Shown: piece after piece, positions 1 through 12,119 of the stretch
Layout: each line of letters opens with the position of its first letter
How positions within the stretch are numbered: the stretch's first letter is position 1
Source: Squalus acanthias
Taxonomy: Eukaryota
Assembly (NCBI GenBank): GCA_030390025.1
Contig: CM059432.1
Coordinates: forward strand, 15,192,001-15,256,000
Length of the DNA stretch: 64,000 nt
Direction of reading: 5' to 3'
The notes under the pieces: model-generated
The model's input: the letters and a program-made list of their open reading frames with translations, nothing else
What the model was told of the DNA's origin: nothing
The model's database searches: none
Translations under genes and position numbers: made by a program

Positions 1-572
1 GATCTTGCATTGCAATTAACAAGCTGCACTCTATATGAATCTTATTTTAGATTCAAGGAAATTGCCAAGTTGAGGGAGAAGTGAGAGCACTGCTGTTGAA
101 TTTCTCTCTAATGACTCAACATATAGAAATTGGAGAGACTGTGGCTACCAAGCAATTGAGATTTATCCCAGCATTGCTCGACGGAGAACATATTTGTAAA
201 TTACAAATGTGCTTCATGTCCTCTTTCCACACAGACTTGTGTCAAGATCCTGACCACTCTGATTGCGGAGCAAGAGTCTTGTTGGACCAGCTGCTATGTT
301 TAAATCAAGACTCATCATGTTAGCTTCCCATCAACCTCATTCCTTCCAAGGACCTCCCTCCCTTTCCTACTACGATCCACAGGCTTGGCTAATCCTAAGC
401 GCAGGACCCTAATATACATTTGGTTATTAGGCCCCCCGCCAATTTTGGGCGCACACGATGAAGGACTAAGAAGAGGCCCGACTGAAAATGGCGCTGGGCG
501 TACTGCCAGTGCAGAATGGGCAGATGAGGCCGGGACCCAATTTTCAGGATCCTAACATTCATATTCTATACA

Positions 573-1023
573 CAGGAAACATAGGAACAGGAGTAGGCCA
601 TTCAGCCCCTCGAGCCTGTTCCGCCATTCCATGAGATCAAGGCTGATCTGTGACCTAACTCCATATACCTGCCTTTGCCCCATATCCCTTAATATACCTT
701 TGGTTAACAAATATCTATCAATCTCAGATTTAAAATTAACAACTGACCTAGCATCAATTGCCGTTCGTGGAAGAGAGTTCCAAATTTCTACCACCCTTTG
801 CATGTAAAAGTGTTTTCTAATTTCACTGCTGAAAGGTCTGGCTCGAATTTTTAGACTATGCCCCCTAGTCCTAGACTCCCCAACCAGCAGAAATAGTTTC
901 TCTCTATCTACCCTATCAGTTCCCCTTAATATCTTGAAAACTTTGATCAAATCACCCCTTAACCTTCTAAATTCCAGGGAATACAACCCTAGTTTGTATA
1001 ATCTCTCCTCGTAATTTAACCCT
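573..1023 (-). mobile_element. CR1 LINE 3' fragment
   Basis: ORF 552-1040 contains the CR1 ORF2 C-terminus (YEERL..LGLYSLEFRRLRGDLI, TRGHSLKI, RVVEIWNSLP) followed by the CR1 3' UTR and short tandem tail. Confidence 0.9.
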
Positions 1024-1074
1024 TTCTCAGCAGGAAACATGCGGGAAAAAGTAAAAAATCCCCCTCCGCATACA

Positions 1075-1440
1075 GCCCAGGAAGGTTGCAGGTTTGATCC
1101 TTGATCTACATTGACTTAACTGTCCTCAGATGGAGCACCTTTTGGGATGCTACAGTTGACCTCACCTTTCCTGGGTTAGGTAGGGGAAAAATTGCCTGTA
1201 TTCCCTTTTCAGACCTGATCCAATGACCCCCTACCAGAAGTACACAGGTGGACGGACATCAGGCAAAGATGGGTTTGGACTTGGCTATGATGCCCCCTGC
1301 AGCCAAACAGCCTGCCAACACGCACTGTTAAAACATCCCATTTAATAATTGGCACTTGGTTGAGATCTACGGTGTCGATTGAACTATATCCCCACAACGA
1401 GTCAATGTTTTCAGGAGAGGAGGGGGGACAATTGGCAAGA
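1075..1440 (+). mobile_element. Old degenerate SINE-like repeat (unclassified); related minus-strand copies near 9290-9580 and 18060-18540
   Basis: B-box-like ggtttgatcc at the 5' end; segments similar in reverse complement to the other two regions. Heavily diverged and compared by eye only. Confidence 0.4.
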
Positions 1441-2403
1441 AAGAAAAATGCCTTGAAGTAAAACAAAGAGTTTAATCAGTGTGCTTTCTGATTAGCTACC
1501 AACAATTTCCATCCTAATGACCGGCGGTCATACTGTGATTGCTAATTACCATGGAAATCACAGCTACCCAATCAGAACATGTGCTAATACACAAATTTAA
1601 GATGTCAGAAAAGAGCATCATTAGAAAAATGCTTTAAAAGTTGGTTGCCAATTGCTGTGGGATTGATTTTTAAACTCACTCAAATCACATTCTCAGTCTG
1701 AAAAACTGTCTCCTAAACTTTAAGCAGAAGACATGAATGGAGATTAGAAAGGAACACCTGATGCAGTTCAAAACCTTGCTGCCTTTGTGCAATTATGGGC
1801 ATCTTTTATAATTTTTCCATGAGTAGTAAATCTCTCCTTAATATCATAGAACATTCAATACCCAAGACAATAGAGATCCCATCGACAATACACACACACA
1901 CACTCCCTCCCCCCCCAGCCCCCAGAAGAACTGAGCCCCAATACATGCACACCCGTCAGGAGAACTGAACTTCCACGCATGCGTTTGCACACACAGAAAA
2001 ACCTTGAGAAGAAAGCCACCATGCACACGCACACAGACACACACAAAGAGGAGAATTCAGCTACTACGCAGATATATCTGGTGAATTCAATCACCGTCAC
2101 ACACATGCACCCCCTCCCCCCTCAGGAGAATTGAGCCCTCACACATGCACAATCCTCAAGAGAGTTGAAACTGCTCCAATATACACATATAGACAAATCC
2201 AGCCCCCAAGACAGACAGAAAGCAGTTGAATGTGATTTTCTATAGCGACCTTTGAAAGATCTGCGAGCAGAATTTTCATTCATTGAATGTAAATGTGTGA
2301 GTATTCTAGCCTGTATTCCCAACCACCCCCTTGTAAATATTCCAGAAATGGGCGATTCTTATAAAATACAGGGCAGAGATTGCTCAATGCCAAACAGTTT
2401 TAA

Positions 2404-2722
2404 AAAAAGACTTGCATTTATATAGCTCCTTTCACGTCCTCAGGACATCCCAAAGCACTTTACAACCAAGTACTTTTGAAGTGTAGTCACTGTTGTAATG
2501 CAAGAAAGGCAGAAGCCAATTTGTCCACAGCAAGCTCCCACAAACAGCCATGTGATAATGACCAGATAATCTGTTTCAGTGATGTTGATTGAGGGATAAA
2601 TATTGGTCAGGACACCGGGGAGAACTCCCCTGCTCTTCTTCGAAATAGTGGCATGGGATCTTTTACATCCACCTGAGAGAGCAGACGGGGCCTCGGTTTA
2701 ACGTCTCATCCGAAAGACGGCA
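2404..2722 (-). mobile_element. DeuSINE (SacSINE1-like), 5'-truncated
   Basis: Reverse complement of the 3' two-thirds of the SINE at 60824-61270. Confidence 0.85.
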
Positions 2723-2759
2723 TGTGAGTGAGGACAGTTCCACGTAGCTGGGCAACAGA

Positions 2760-3205
2760 GAATGGTGTGTTTAACTGTGTCAAAGGCTGTAGAGAGGTTG
2801 GGGTGGACGAGGAAGTATAATGCACTACAGTCACATTCGCAGAAAATAGTTTGTGACTTCGATTAGGGCCATTTCGGTGCTTTGGAGGAGTGAAAACGGA
2901 TGGGAGGGACTCGGACTTGGAGTTGCGGAAAACATGAACGTGGATCTGGGAGGCAACAACACGTTCAAGGACTTCAGAGAGGAAAGGAAGGTAGGAGATG
3001 GAGGCGGTAGTTAATGAGAACTGACAGGTCAAGGGTTGTGTTTTATGTGGAGTGGGGAGGGTTGGCGACGGTGATTTTTGAAGGGAGGGATACAATGCCG
3101 GGGAAAGGGAACCATTTACAATGTCAGTTAGTATGGGGGTCAGGAATGGAAGCTAGATGGTCAAGAGTTTTGTCGGAATGGGGCTGAGGGAGCAGGAAGA
3201 GAGCA
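2760..3205 (-). mobile_element. L2 LINE internal fragment, degenerate
   Basis: Similar to 29600-30000 of the longer L2 copy; ISYLPFLSEVLERVVASQI matches the ISNLPFLSKIL RT-proximal motif. Confidence 0.75.
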
Positions 3206-3711
3206 CCGTCTTTAACCACACCTTCAACACTTCTACTACCGCTCATGTCTGACTTGCCATCTGTGAAGTGCTTTGGGCATTTTGCTATGTTAAATGTCCC
3301 ATCTGGCTCCTCTGTCCTGTGCGCCCAGGAATGAGGTGATCTCGAAGTAACCCCGAAGCGGAAAATCTGTCCTGGTTGGAAGTTGTTGCTGCTGTCGTAT
3401 TGATGGAGATCCTTTCCAAAGGTATCTATTAACCCAGAATCAACTGCTTCTCCTTGAATGCCTATCTCACATATTCACTATCCCGTGGTTGTGGGGGGGT
3501 CGCATCTTGCTCCAAGCGAATTTTACAATTCTGTCCTCAAGATCTGAGCTCACTGTGTAAGTTTAATAGCCTGTTTATCTTGACAATATACCTTTTAATT
3601 ATTCCGAACACCTGTATCATGTCTCCTCTCCAATGACAGGTTAGGTATTAATAACATCAAATGTTCTAAATTTATCACTGCATTTATATTGTTAACCATA
3701 AAGCTGTTCTC

Positions 3712-3918
3712 AAGGCTTTATTGTTTAATTGTGGTCAATGAATGTAATGGGTTTACTATGTAATTGATGAGTTGTATCAGTACTATTGTACTTGAATAAA
3801 ATATTAACAAACAAAAAAGGCTTTATTTTATTGTGGCCAATGAATGTAATGGATTTACTATGTAATTGATGAGTTGTAATAAGTATTACTATATTTGAAT
3901 AAATGTTTATTAAAAAAA
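3712..3918. repeat. Two-unit imperfect tandem duplication, period about 105 bp, AT-rich
   Basis: aaggctttatt...attgtggYcaatgaatgtaatggRtttactatgtaattgatgagttgta...ttgaataaa starts at 3712 and again at 3817. Confidence 0.9.
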
Positions 3919-4899
3919 ATGTTCTGACAATTAAAGTTGTGACTTTAATTTTACTCAAATTCTAAATAAGGGATTTTGACAAACAATCGTTAAAAACATT
4001 CATGTTGTGGGCAATGCTCCTTGTAATTTTTTTTCCTGCGCAGTCCCTTTGAATTTGGTGCGCAGTATATTTCCCGCGGCAACAGCTTGTGAGCGACCTT
4101 CGCGGGGACGATTAATGCGCGCCCGGTTGTGGGGGGAAGTGAATGTTGTTAGAAAAAAGTCCAAATCTCAAACAGGAAGTTTTCTCAGCTAATTTTCTGA
4201 ACAGCAGGATAACATGATGAGGCTTGACGGAAATTAATTTTCTTTGTGCCTTTTAACCCAAACTGTGATTACCAATTAGCAAGTTATCCGCTCACATTTA
4301 GAAGCCGCGTTGTTATGAGTTGTGAAAAACAATTGGTTCTGAGCTTTTAGTTACTCCTGTGCTCACGGACAAGGTTCGTCTTGGCGAAATCCTGTATATA
4401 GTTCCGTCTCCACCTAAGCCCAGTTTAATATTGCCGTTTCCCCTATTCCTAGCAGAGTGAGAGCGGTAATGTTGTTGGGCTGATTGAGCATTGCGATACA
4501 AATTGAGTCACTGTTAAGATAATTAGTCACACCTACTCTGAATAATTACACCTGTTCTGTATGAAGGTAGCCTGTCGCAGCTGGAGGCAAACTGTTCCTA
4601 GAGCAAGGAAACTCGGAGTTTGTGATTTTTCCAAAGGCGGGGTTTTATCTTGTGAGAGTGTCGTTGGCTGCTCATTTAGGTTGCTCCTGCCGTCAGTGGC
4701 TCTCAACTGAGTTGGAGACTAATGGGTCTTGCGATCTGCCCATTAACTGAGCTGCCTGCTCTTTTCTTCACTGAAAGCACCGAGCCATTTTCCAGGCATC
4801 TCCTGATGTCGTGATGCTATTTCACAACACAAAAATGCAGAGGCATAGAAGATGCCAGCGTAAGTTCCGAGCCTGGTCTGAACTGTTTACTGGTTGCCC

Positions 4900-5170
4900 A
4901 TCTTTTGTTTCTTAACTTGTCCCATTGCCATCCCCTTTTGCCTTGCACCATCTCTTAATCTCTCCTGCCTTCCATCCTATCACAGACCTTCCCTGCCCCC
5001 TTTCCCTGCCCCTGCACTTGCTTAAAAACCTGTTCGATATCCAGCTTTTTCCAGCTCTGACAAAGGGTCATTGACCTGAAACGTTAGCTCTGTTTCTCTC
5101 TCCACTGCTGAGTATTTCCAGCATTTTCTGTTTTTATTTCAGATTTCCAGCATCCGCAGTATTTTGCTTT
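4900..5170 (+). mobile_element. Penelope-like element 3' (pLTR) fragment, family A, with degenerate hammerhead
   Basis: Flanked by 16-bp direct repeat tgtttactggttgccc (4884-4899 and 5171-5186). Shares the 3' end of the 11527-12217 element. Confidence 0.8.
5053..5089 (+). ncRNA. Minimal type I hammerhead ribozyme motif with G8-to-A core mutation (probably inactive)
   Basis: AGCT-CTGACAA-stem II (GGTCA..TGACC)-GAAA-CGTT-AGCT. Confidence 0.65.
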
Positions 5171-5552
5171 TGTTTACTGGTTGCCCCCTGCGTTGCTGCT
5201 GCTCGTTCAGTCGGCCTATTGGAGGCTGATTGGTAAAACAGAGACGCACCTGCAGTCACCATCATGTCCATCAGCACGGCCATCACCGCGCCCATATGTA
5301 CCCATCAACCTGCCATGTGCATACATAATAAGCAGCTGCAGGGCAAAGTATGAAACGCTGCACAAAAGTTTTTCAGATGTTGTTCTATCTTGGACCCTGC
5401 CAATAACATAAAATTGCGATTGACCAAGTAAAATAATACATTATAAATAGAGATCTGATCATCCTGGTATTGTAACATTTCATCGTATGGCGTATGCAAG
5501 TTGCACTGCAGGATCTGTGCCGCTACATAATAAACCGTTGAAAAAGGACTAT

Positions 5553-7291
5553 GGCCGGAATTTTGCCGGCGCTGAGAGGACGGGATCGGAGGCGGGTCAG
5601 CTGTGAAATTTCAAATGATTGACAGCGGGTCGGGACCCCCGCTGTCAACCCGCCTTCATGCTAGTCTCCCAGGTGTCAGCACTGAACAGACCCGACACCA
5701 AGCGAAGGGGAGGCAATTTAGATCATTAGCTGGATTGTTAAGAGGCAATTAAGTTGTATTTTAAGCTTAGCTTTAGATTTTTAGTGGTCGCCAACGGCCT
5801 CCCCGCTGCCCGGGGATCACGTCCCGTAAGGAGGTCGGGTGTTGTGTCAGCATGGGATGATTTACTAACTTAACAGCTGCAAATGGTCTATAAAAGCTCC
5901 CATTTCATAGGTCTTCACTTTCCAAGGTTAGAAGCTGTTGCTTACTGCAGTTGGAAGACAGATTGAGCTTTATGCAGCTTGCAAGTGTTTGGCGCAAACT
6001 CTCTATCCAGTGTCATCTCATTGGAACAACCTCTCTCACCATTGACATTACTTCTGTCATCTCAACCTCACCTGTCATCTATTCCATCAGCATCGGTGCC
6101 CTTGAAAAAATCTCACCTTGGTCCTCAGGATCCCACCACGATCAGCCCCAACACCAGCATCACCGGGAACACCAGCAACAACAACCCCAACCTTCTCTGC
6201 AATCACCTGATGCTGCACAGGACAGAGGGCATCAGCACCCGACCGCATTGCTGCCAGGGATGGCCTCACCATGGCCAGATTTACTTCACTTGACGCTGCA
6301 CACCCTGGCTGCCACATGATGCACCAGGTTGGCACCACCCCACACCCCCACACCAACACCATAAAGCATCCCTACAATGCCCAAGCCATTCCTTTCACAC
6401 TCATCACCATTGCGGGGTGAACTGTTATGTTTCACCATTCACTACAACTCACTCAGCCACTTCCAAAGGTGCACACAAATCTGTCCAAGAATGCAAAGTG
6501 TTGAAAATAAAGGTTTCAATGTTTGACACCACATTAACAGAAACATCACATAAACAGTGGCTAAAATACCCAAGTGCCTACGCTTGTGTGTTGTTAGTTG
6601 GTATGATTGGACTGGGATGAGGGTGAGTGTGAGGGGTGGCTAGTGAGATGGGGATGTGATAATGTAGATAGAGAGGGATGGGTGGAGGTGCAAGGTAAGT
6701 TGGTGTGAGTAAGGATGTGCAGGATTAGGGTAGGGAAGGTAGAGTGATGGGGATGTGATGAGTGGCACAGCAGGATGAGGTTGAGTGTGGCTTGGCAGTA
6801 ACATTTCGTGATCTACTGAGATCATTGAAAGGTTTGCACCACTGTAGCCTGGTCCTCCTGACGACATCCCTGCTTGTGTCCTCCTGTGCAATGTGCAACC
6901 ACGCTGCGTTGATATCCTGGGGAGGTCTCTTCCGCCCATTGGAAGGGAAGAGAACCTCCCTGCATTTGGAGGGAATCATGGGAGAGCCTGGGTGCAGCCG
7001 TGCACCTTTGTGCAGTGCTTGTCAGTGTTTGCAGCACATCAATGCTGTAGAACACTGACAGCACAACTGTCGCACTCCATGTGGACGTGGTCCCTTTAAG
7101 GAAACCGGCTGATGCCGCGTCATCAAATGACGTCATCAGACCCGCTTCCTTTTAATTGGTCGGGAACCTCGCTGGGCGGGCTTAACAAGCCCCATCAGGG
7201 CAAAATCACTTTAACAAAGCGGGAAAGGAGCAGGCAGCGGGCTGGGACCGCGCTACCGACCCCGGCCGCCTCACTCGGCAAAATCGCGGCC
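5553..7291. mobile_element. Internally deleted PIF/Harbinger DNA transposon (1739 bp)
   Basis: TIRs GGCCGGAATTTTGCCG / CGGCAAAATCGCGGCC; 3-bp TSD TAT (5550-5552, 7292-7294); Myb/SANT-like coding remnant inside. Confidence 0.85.
6803..7016 (-). pseudogene. Frameshifted Myb/SANT-like (trihelix) DNA-binding domain of the Harbinger accessory protein
   Basis: AAPRLSHDSL..., then in another frame REVLFPSNGRKRPPQDINAAWLHIAQEDTSRDVVRRTRLQWCKPFNDL. This fits the W..IA.........R...Q.+K.+.DL pattern of MSANTD/NAIF1-like domains. Confidence 0.75.
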
Positions 7292-7981
7292 TATGAGTTT
7301 CTCTGTTATGTAACGTCAAGTCGCACTGAATGAAGCAGCAGCCATCAAAACCATTCAGAAAACCATGGAAAGCAAACTTTTCTGATGCCTCGGTAGGTAA
7401 ATACCCTGCCCAGTGTCTTCCTGACCTGGCCTGTAATGAGTTAACTGATACTGAGGTTGGGTTGAGTGCCTTTCAACTAGAAAATGGAAGAAAACCCAAC
7501 TCCAGATTACATGAGCACATAAGAAATTGGAGCAGGAGTAGGAAATCCGGCCCTTGGAGTTCGCTTCACCATTGAATAAGATCATGGCCGATGTTTTAGC
7601 TCAACACCACCCCTACTGGGAGGTTTGTAGATAGATACGGAATAACGGCATCATCTATGCAGCTTTGATGGTAGGATAGCAGGTCCCCACTCATTTTTCA
7701 GGCTGTACATTAGTAATCACCAGTAAAGTTCTAGAGGGTGGCCAGCAACTGGGAAATTATCCTCCAGCGTGAGGCAGCACCTTCAGAATAGGAAGAGACA
7801 GAACTTGGGAAGACCAAGATCAAAATATATAAATATTGCAATACTGACGTGCCAATGTATTACAGGCAGCAATCCAGTTTCCGAGTTGTCAAACAAATAG
7901 TTCATTCAGCATTCTCACATCATCTGAACCCTTTAATTGGCTTACATCCTTGTGACTCATTGGCCGCCATGTGGTATTGAA

Positions 7982-8622
7982 AACAACTTGTGTTTACACA
8001 GCGCTTTTAATGTAGAAAAGCATCACAGAGGTGTACTCCGACAAAAACAAACGCAAGCCAAAGAACGAGATATTAGGAGAGGTGATTTAGGGTTCTAAAG
8101 GGGGAAAGGGACATTCTTTTTTTATTCATTCACGGGATGTGGGCGTCGCCGGCAAGGCCAGCATTTCTTGCCCACCCCTAATTGCCCTTAAGAAGGTGGT
8201 GGTGAGCCGCCTTCTTGAACCACTGCAGTCCGTGCGGTGAAGGTACTCCCACAGTGCTGTTAGGTAGGGAGTTCCAGGATTTTGACCCAGTGATGATGAA
8301 GGATCGGTGATATACTTCTGAGTCAGGATGGTGTGTGACTTGGAGGGGAACTTGGAGGTGATGATGTTCCCGTGTGCCTGCTGCCCTTGTCCTTCTAGGT
8401 TTAGAGGTCGCTGCTTTGGGAGGTGAAGAGGTTTATGGAGGGAATTCTATAGTGTAGGGCCTAGACAGCTGAAGGCACCACCTCCAATGGTGGGGCGAAG
8501 GGAGACGGGGATGCACAAGAGGCCAGAGTCAGAAGAACGGAGAGTTCACACGGTCCAGAGGAGGTTACAGAGATAGGAAGTGGTAAGGTCATGAAGGGAT
8601 TTAAACACGAGGATGAGAAATC
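7982..8622 (-). mobile_element. Degenerate L2 3' fragment interrupted by a non-LTR 3' fragment (about 8117-8424)
   Basis: L2-type tail at 7982 (caacttgtgtttacacagcgc); the insert matches 12905-13210; L2 similarity resumes at 8425. Confidence 0.7.
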
Positions 8623-8859
8623 CTCGCATATCCTATGCATGATGGACACATTTTCTTATATAGTTTATGTCATGTTTAAGGATATTACAATATTTCTTTT
8701 CCCCTCTGCAAATTTGAAGATTGTTTCTCAGATATTTCCCTCATGTTTCTTTCCCAGTTCGTCACAGAGTTTATTCATGTGACTTGAGACCTTTCAATGT
8801 TTTTTCTGGTTGATTAGTCACACCACTATGAAAAGAAGGAATTGCAGCATGTCCAAAAG

Positions 8860-9165
8860 TCAATGAATTACTTTTGAAATGCAGTCACTGTTTTGTAGGA
8901 AACTTCACAGCCCAACTTGTGCACAAACAGCCACGAGATAAATAACCAGATAACCTGTTTTCGGTGGTGTTTGGGACATCCACCTGAACAGGTAGTCAGG
9001 GCCTCAGTTTAACATTTCATCCAAAAGGTGGCACCTCTGACAGGGCAGCACTGCTTCAGTACTGTACTAATGTATCGGCCTCAATTATGTGCTGAAGTTC
9101 TAAAACGGGGCTTGAACCCATGACCTACTGACACAAGAGTGCTGCCATTGAGCTAAACTGGCGCT
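8860..9165 (-). mobile_element. Degenerate DeuSINE copy with internal deletion
   Basis: Patchy similarity to 19893-20362. Confidence 0.65.
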
Positions 9166-11527
9166 TGAAGTCACAAGTTGCACATCCTTTCCAAATAGCA
9201 GAACAAAACAAAAAATGCTCAACACGGTTACATTCCAAATGAAGTTGCAACTATTTCAGGAAGTTTAGAAATTATCTCTTTTTTTTACATTCCTATTGTT
9301 GCTCCCCTCGGGCACTCACTCCTGCTGTACAAGAGCAAACTACCAACCAATACCTCACCCAAGTGGTTCATTCTTTATGTGTGAGTTTAGAAGCCATCAC
9401 AGCTGAACTGGCTTGTCTCCGAATCCAGTCTCAGCACATGCCCTCTTGTTAGCATGAGTTATGGTTAGTGATAGCTGGACCCCCTAGTTGATGGTCTCCC
9501 TCATTAGTCCAGGAGTTCTAAAACCAAAAATAGTGCCCAAAACTGCTGCCTTGCCGAGATCAGCTTGCCACTATTTCGTGTCGCAGTTCATTGTAACTGA
9601 GCTTTATATAACACAAGTATATAAAACTGATCTCAAACACTTCGGACATTCTGGCAAAAAAAGATTTTAATACTGTGTTAAACATTTCAATGCATTTTTG
9701 TTTATCATCAGGAAATGACGATATGGTGTCGGACAGCTACTTTCCTGAAACATGTTTGGTTTGTAAGCTGACAGAAATATTGGATCCTATAACATTTTTT
9801 TTGAAGATAAAGCTTGTTTAGAAATCCTGCAAATCCGAGGTCTGTAAATTTCAAGGGTCAATTGATTTTCAAAAACGTAAGAAACGATTGAGTGTTTTTA
9901 CATTTTCCGCAGGAACTTGCTGAAGATACGGCAGACCTGAATCGCCCTGATAAATCGGTCAGTTAGAGTGACATGCAGGGACTGCTCGTTTAAAAAGTGA
10001 GATTACTGCGGAATCAAAACTGTCAGAGCAGCGAAACAAATCATGGGCATTATCACTCTTTTGTTAGCTCAAATCTTCTTGGGAAAACGTCTGGCAACCT
10101 TATCAGTCAGGAAGCGCCTGAGCAAAACTGCACTCTCCTCCAAGTTACTCGTGAAAGCCGACTTGGATTTTTTGCCTGCAAGCTGTTGTACGTCAGGCTG
10201 ACCACTAAATCCTTACCCAAACGGGAAACAGGGCAGCAGCTGGATAGCACAGACTCCCCATCCTCTCTGCTTCAGTGAGAACAAGCCAAATGAGCTGTTA
10301 AGTCTTGCCACATTTCCATCCTTGCAGCCGGTGCTGCTGGGAGGTAAATGCATCAATTTACAGAAGAAACCACCCTGGTTTTTATTAACTTCAGATGAGC
10401 TTGTTTGTGTCAAAGCCAGTTAACATCAAGCAGCACAATACTCTAATTATGTATCGCCGCTCACATCTGTAACCTTGCTAATCACATATTTGTAGCTTCG
10501 CTAAAACCATAAAAGTTGGCTAGCTGCAGGGTGTTAACTCAACAGTAAAAAAAACTATATCAGTATTAATAAATAGCGCCAACAGCCTGGAACTAAGAAG
10601 CGAGGTTTAACAACCAGACGATTGACCTCAAGCTCTTGTTGAAAAATATAAGGTTCTGGCAGGTTAATAGCTTTTTGTAGCCTGATTTTCACCTTTGATC
10701 TGCTATTACTCACTATACCCATAGGACATGTTTTTTCTGCCATTAATACCCCGACAGAAATAAGAATATATTGCAGCTCTCTGGCTAAAGATTTATACAG
10801 TCTGTGGAATATGTTCTGATTTCCACCAGTAAGGTAAGTGCAAGGAACAGTGTTGCAAATGAGTTAAGGGCTCAGTGTCACAAGTGGAAATGAAAACAAT
10901 GTAACATGGACTGTCATTTAATACGGAGCCCGGCCCAACTACATTTTGCAGTTGACTCTGTCTTTGCTTTGGGACCCCTACTGTTTTTAATTTACATTAA
11001 CAACTTGAGGTCGGGAGATCAAATCCCTCCATGATATTGTGAAATTAAATTCAATTATTCTGGTAATTTGTGGGCTAGCAGCAGAAAACAACTCAACTCG
11101 TTCGCTAATGTCCTTTAGGGAAGGAAACCTGCCGCCCCCTGCCTACATGTGACCCCATTCGTGTACTATGTGGTTTACTCTAACCATTCTCAGGATAAGG
11201 AAGGATGTACAACAACAACTTGCATTTATATAGCACCTTTTAATGTAGAGCAATGCCCCAAAGCAATAAATATTGCCTTGCCAGTGTTGCTCACTTCCCA
11301 AGATCAAAGAGAGAAAAAAATTGCAGACTGTTAAATCTGAGGAAGCAGCTCAGGAACTATCAAAGGATTTAGGCAAAATTTGTAAGTGGCCAGAACGATG
11401 ACAAACAAAATTTAAAGCAAGAAAGTGTGAAGCAAGAAGAAACATAGGAATGGTGCCAAAATAGCTAAGGATGAAGTAATGGGTGATATAAGTACTCCAT
11501 GAAGGAAGTCAAAATAGTTAAGGATGT

Positions 11528-11812
11528 ATTCGCTGCTCACGATGTGGTCTCCTCTACATTGGAGAGACCAAACGCAGATTGGGTGACCGCTTTGCGGAAC
11601 ACCTCCGTTCAGTCCATAAGGGGGACCCCGAGCTCCCGGTCGCCTGTCACTTCAATTCTCCGCTCCACTCCCACTCTGACCTCACCGTCCTCGGCCTATT
11701 ACACTGTTCCACGGAAGCGCAGCGTAAGCTCGAGGAATAGCACCTCATCTTTCGTTTAGGCATGCTACAGCCCTCTGGACTCAATATCGAGTTCAACAAT
11801 TTTAGATCATAA
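11528..11812 (+). pseudogene. C-terminal GIY-YIG endonuclease domain of a PLE ORF, with one premature stop
   Basis: Manual translation IRCSRCGLLYIGETKRRLGDRFAEHLRSV...PVACHFNS..HSHSDL...RKLEE*HLIFRLGMLQPSGLNIEFNNFRS*. Shows CxxC-YIGET, R..EH, HF and P.GLN motifs; TAG at 11738-11740. Absent from the ORF track. Confidence 0.88.
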
Positions 11813-12082
11813 CCTCAGCCCCATCACATTTTTATATTTTATTTTTTCATCCACCCTTTTGTTTGCACCCTCCCACCCCTTTTCCCTCCCAGAAGCTGGC
11901 AGCTGTCCTTCATTCTGCCAGTGCATTTCACACTTCTTTTAGCCTCAACCTGTCACATTAACACCACCTCTTGCCTTGATCATCTCTTAATGTCTCTTAA
12001 TCTCTCCTTTTGTTCTTTCATCCCCTCCCCCTTTTCCCAGCTTTATCCTTGCCTTAAATCTATTTCATTTCCTGCTATTTCC

Positions 12083-12119
12083 AGTTCTGACGAAAGGTCT
12101 TCGACCTGAAACGTTAACT
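12083..12119 (+). ncRNA. Minimal type I hammerhead ribozyme motif, intact core
   Basis: AGTT-CTGACGA-A-AGGTC/TTC/GACCT-GAAA-CGTT^AACT: stem I AGTT/AACT, 5-bp stem II, palindromic loopless stem III (AACGTT), GUU cleavage triplet. Confidence 0.8.

Noticed and set aside
1860..2215. Repeat-spacer appearance suggesting a CRISPR-like array
   Set aside because: Repeats are short and degenerate with irregular low-complexity spacers; eukaryotic context and no cas genes.
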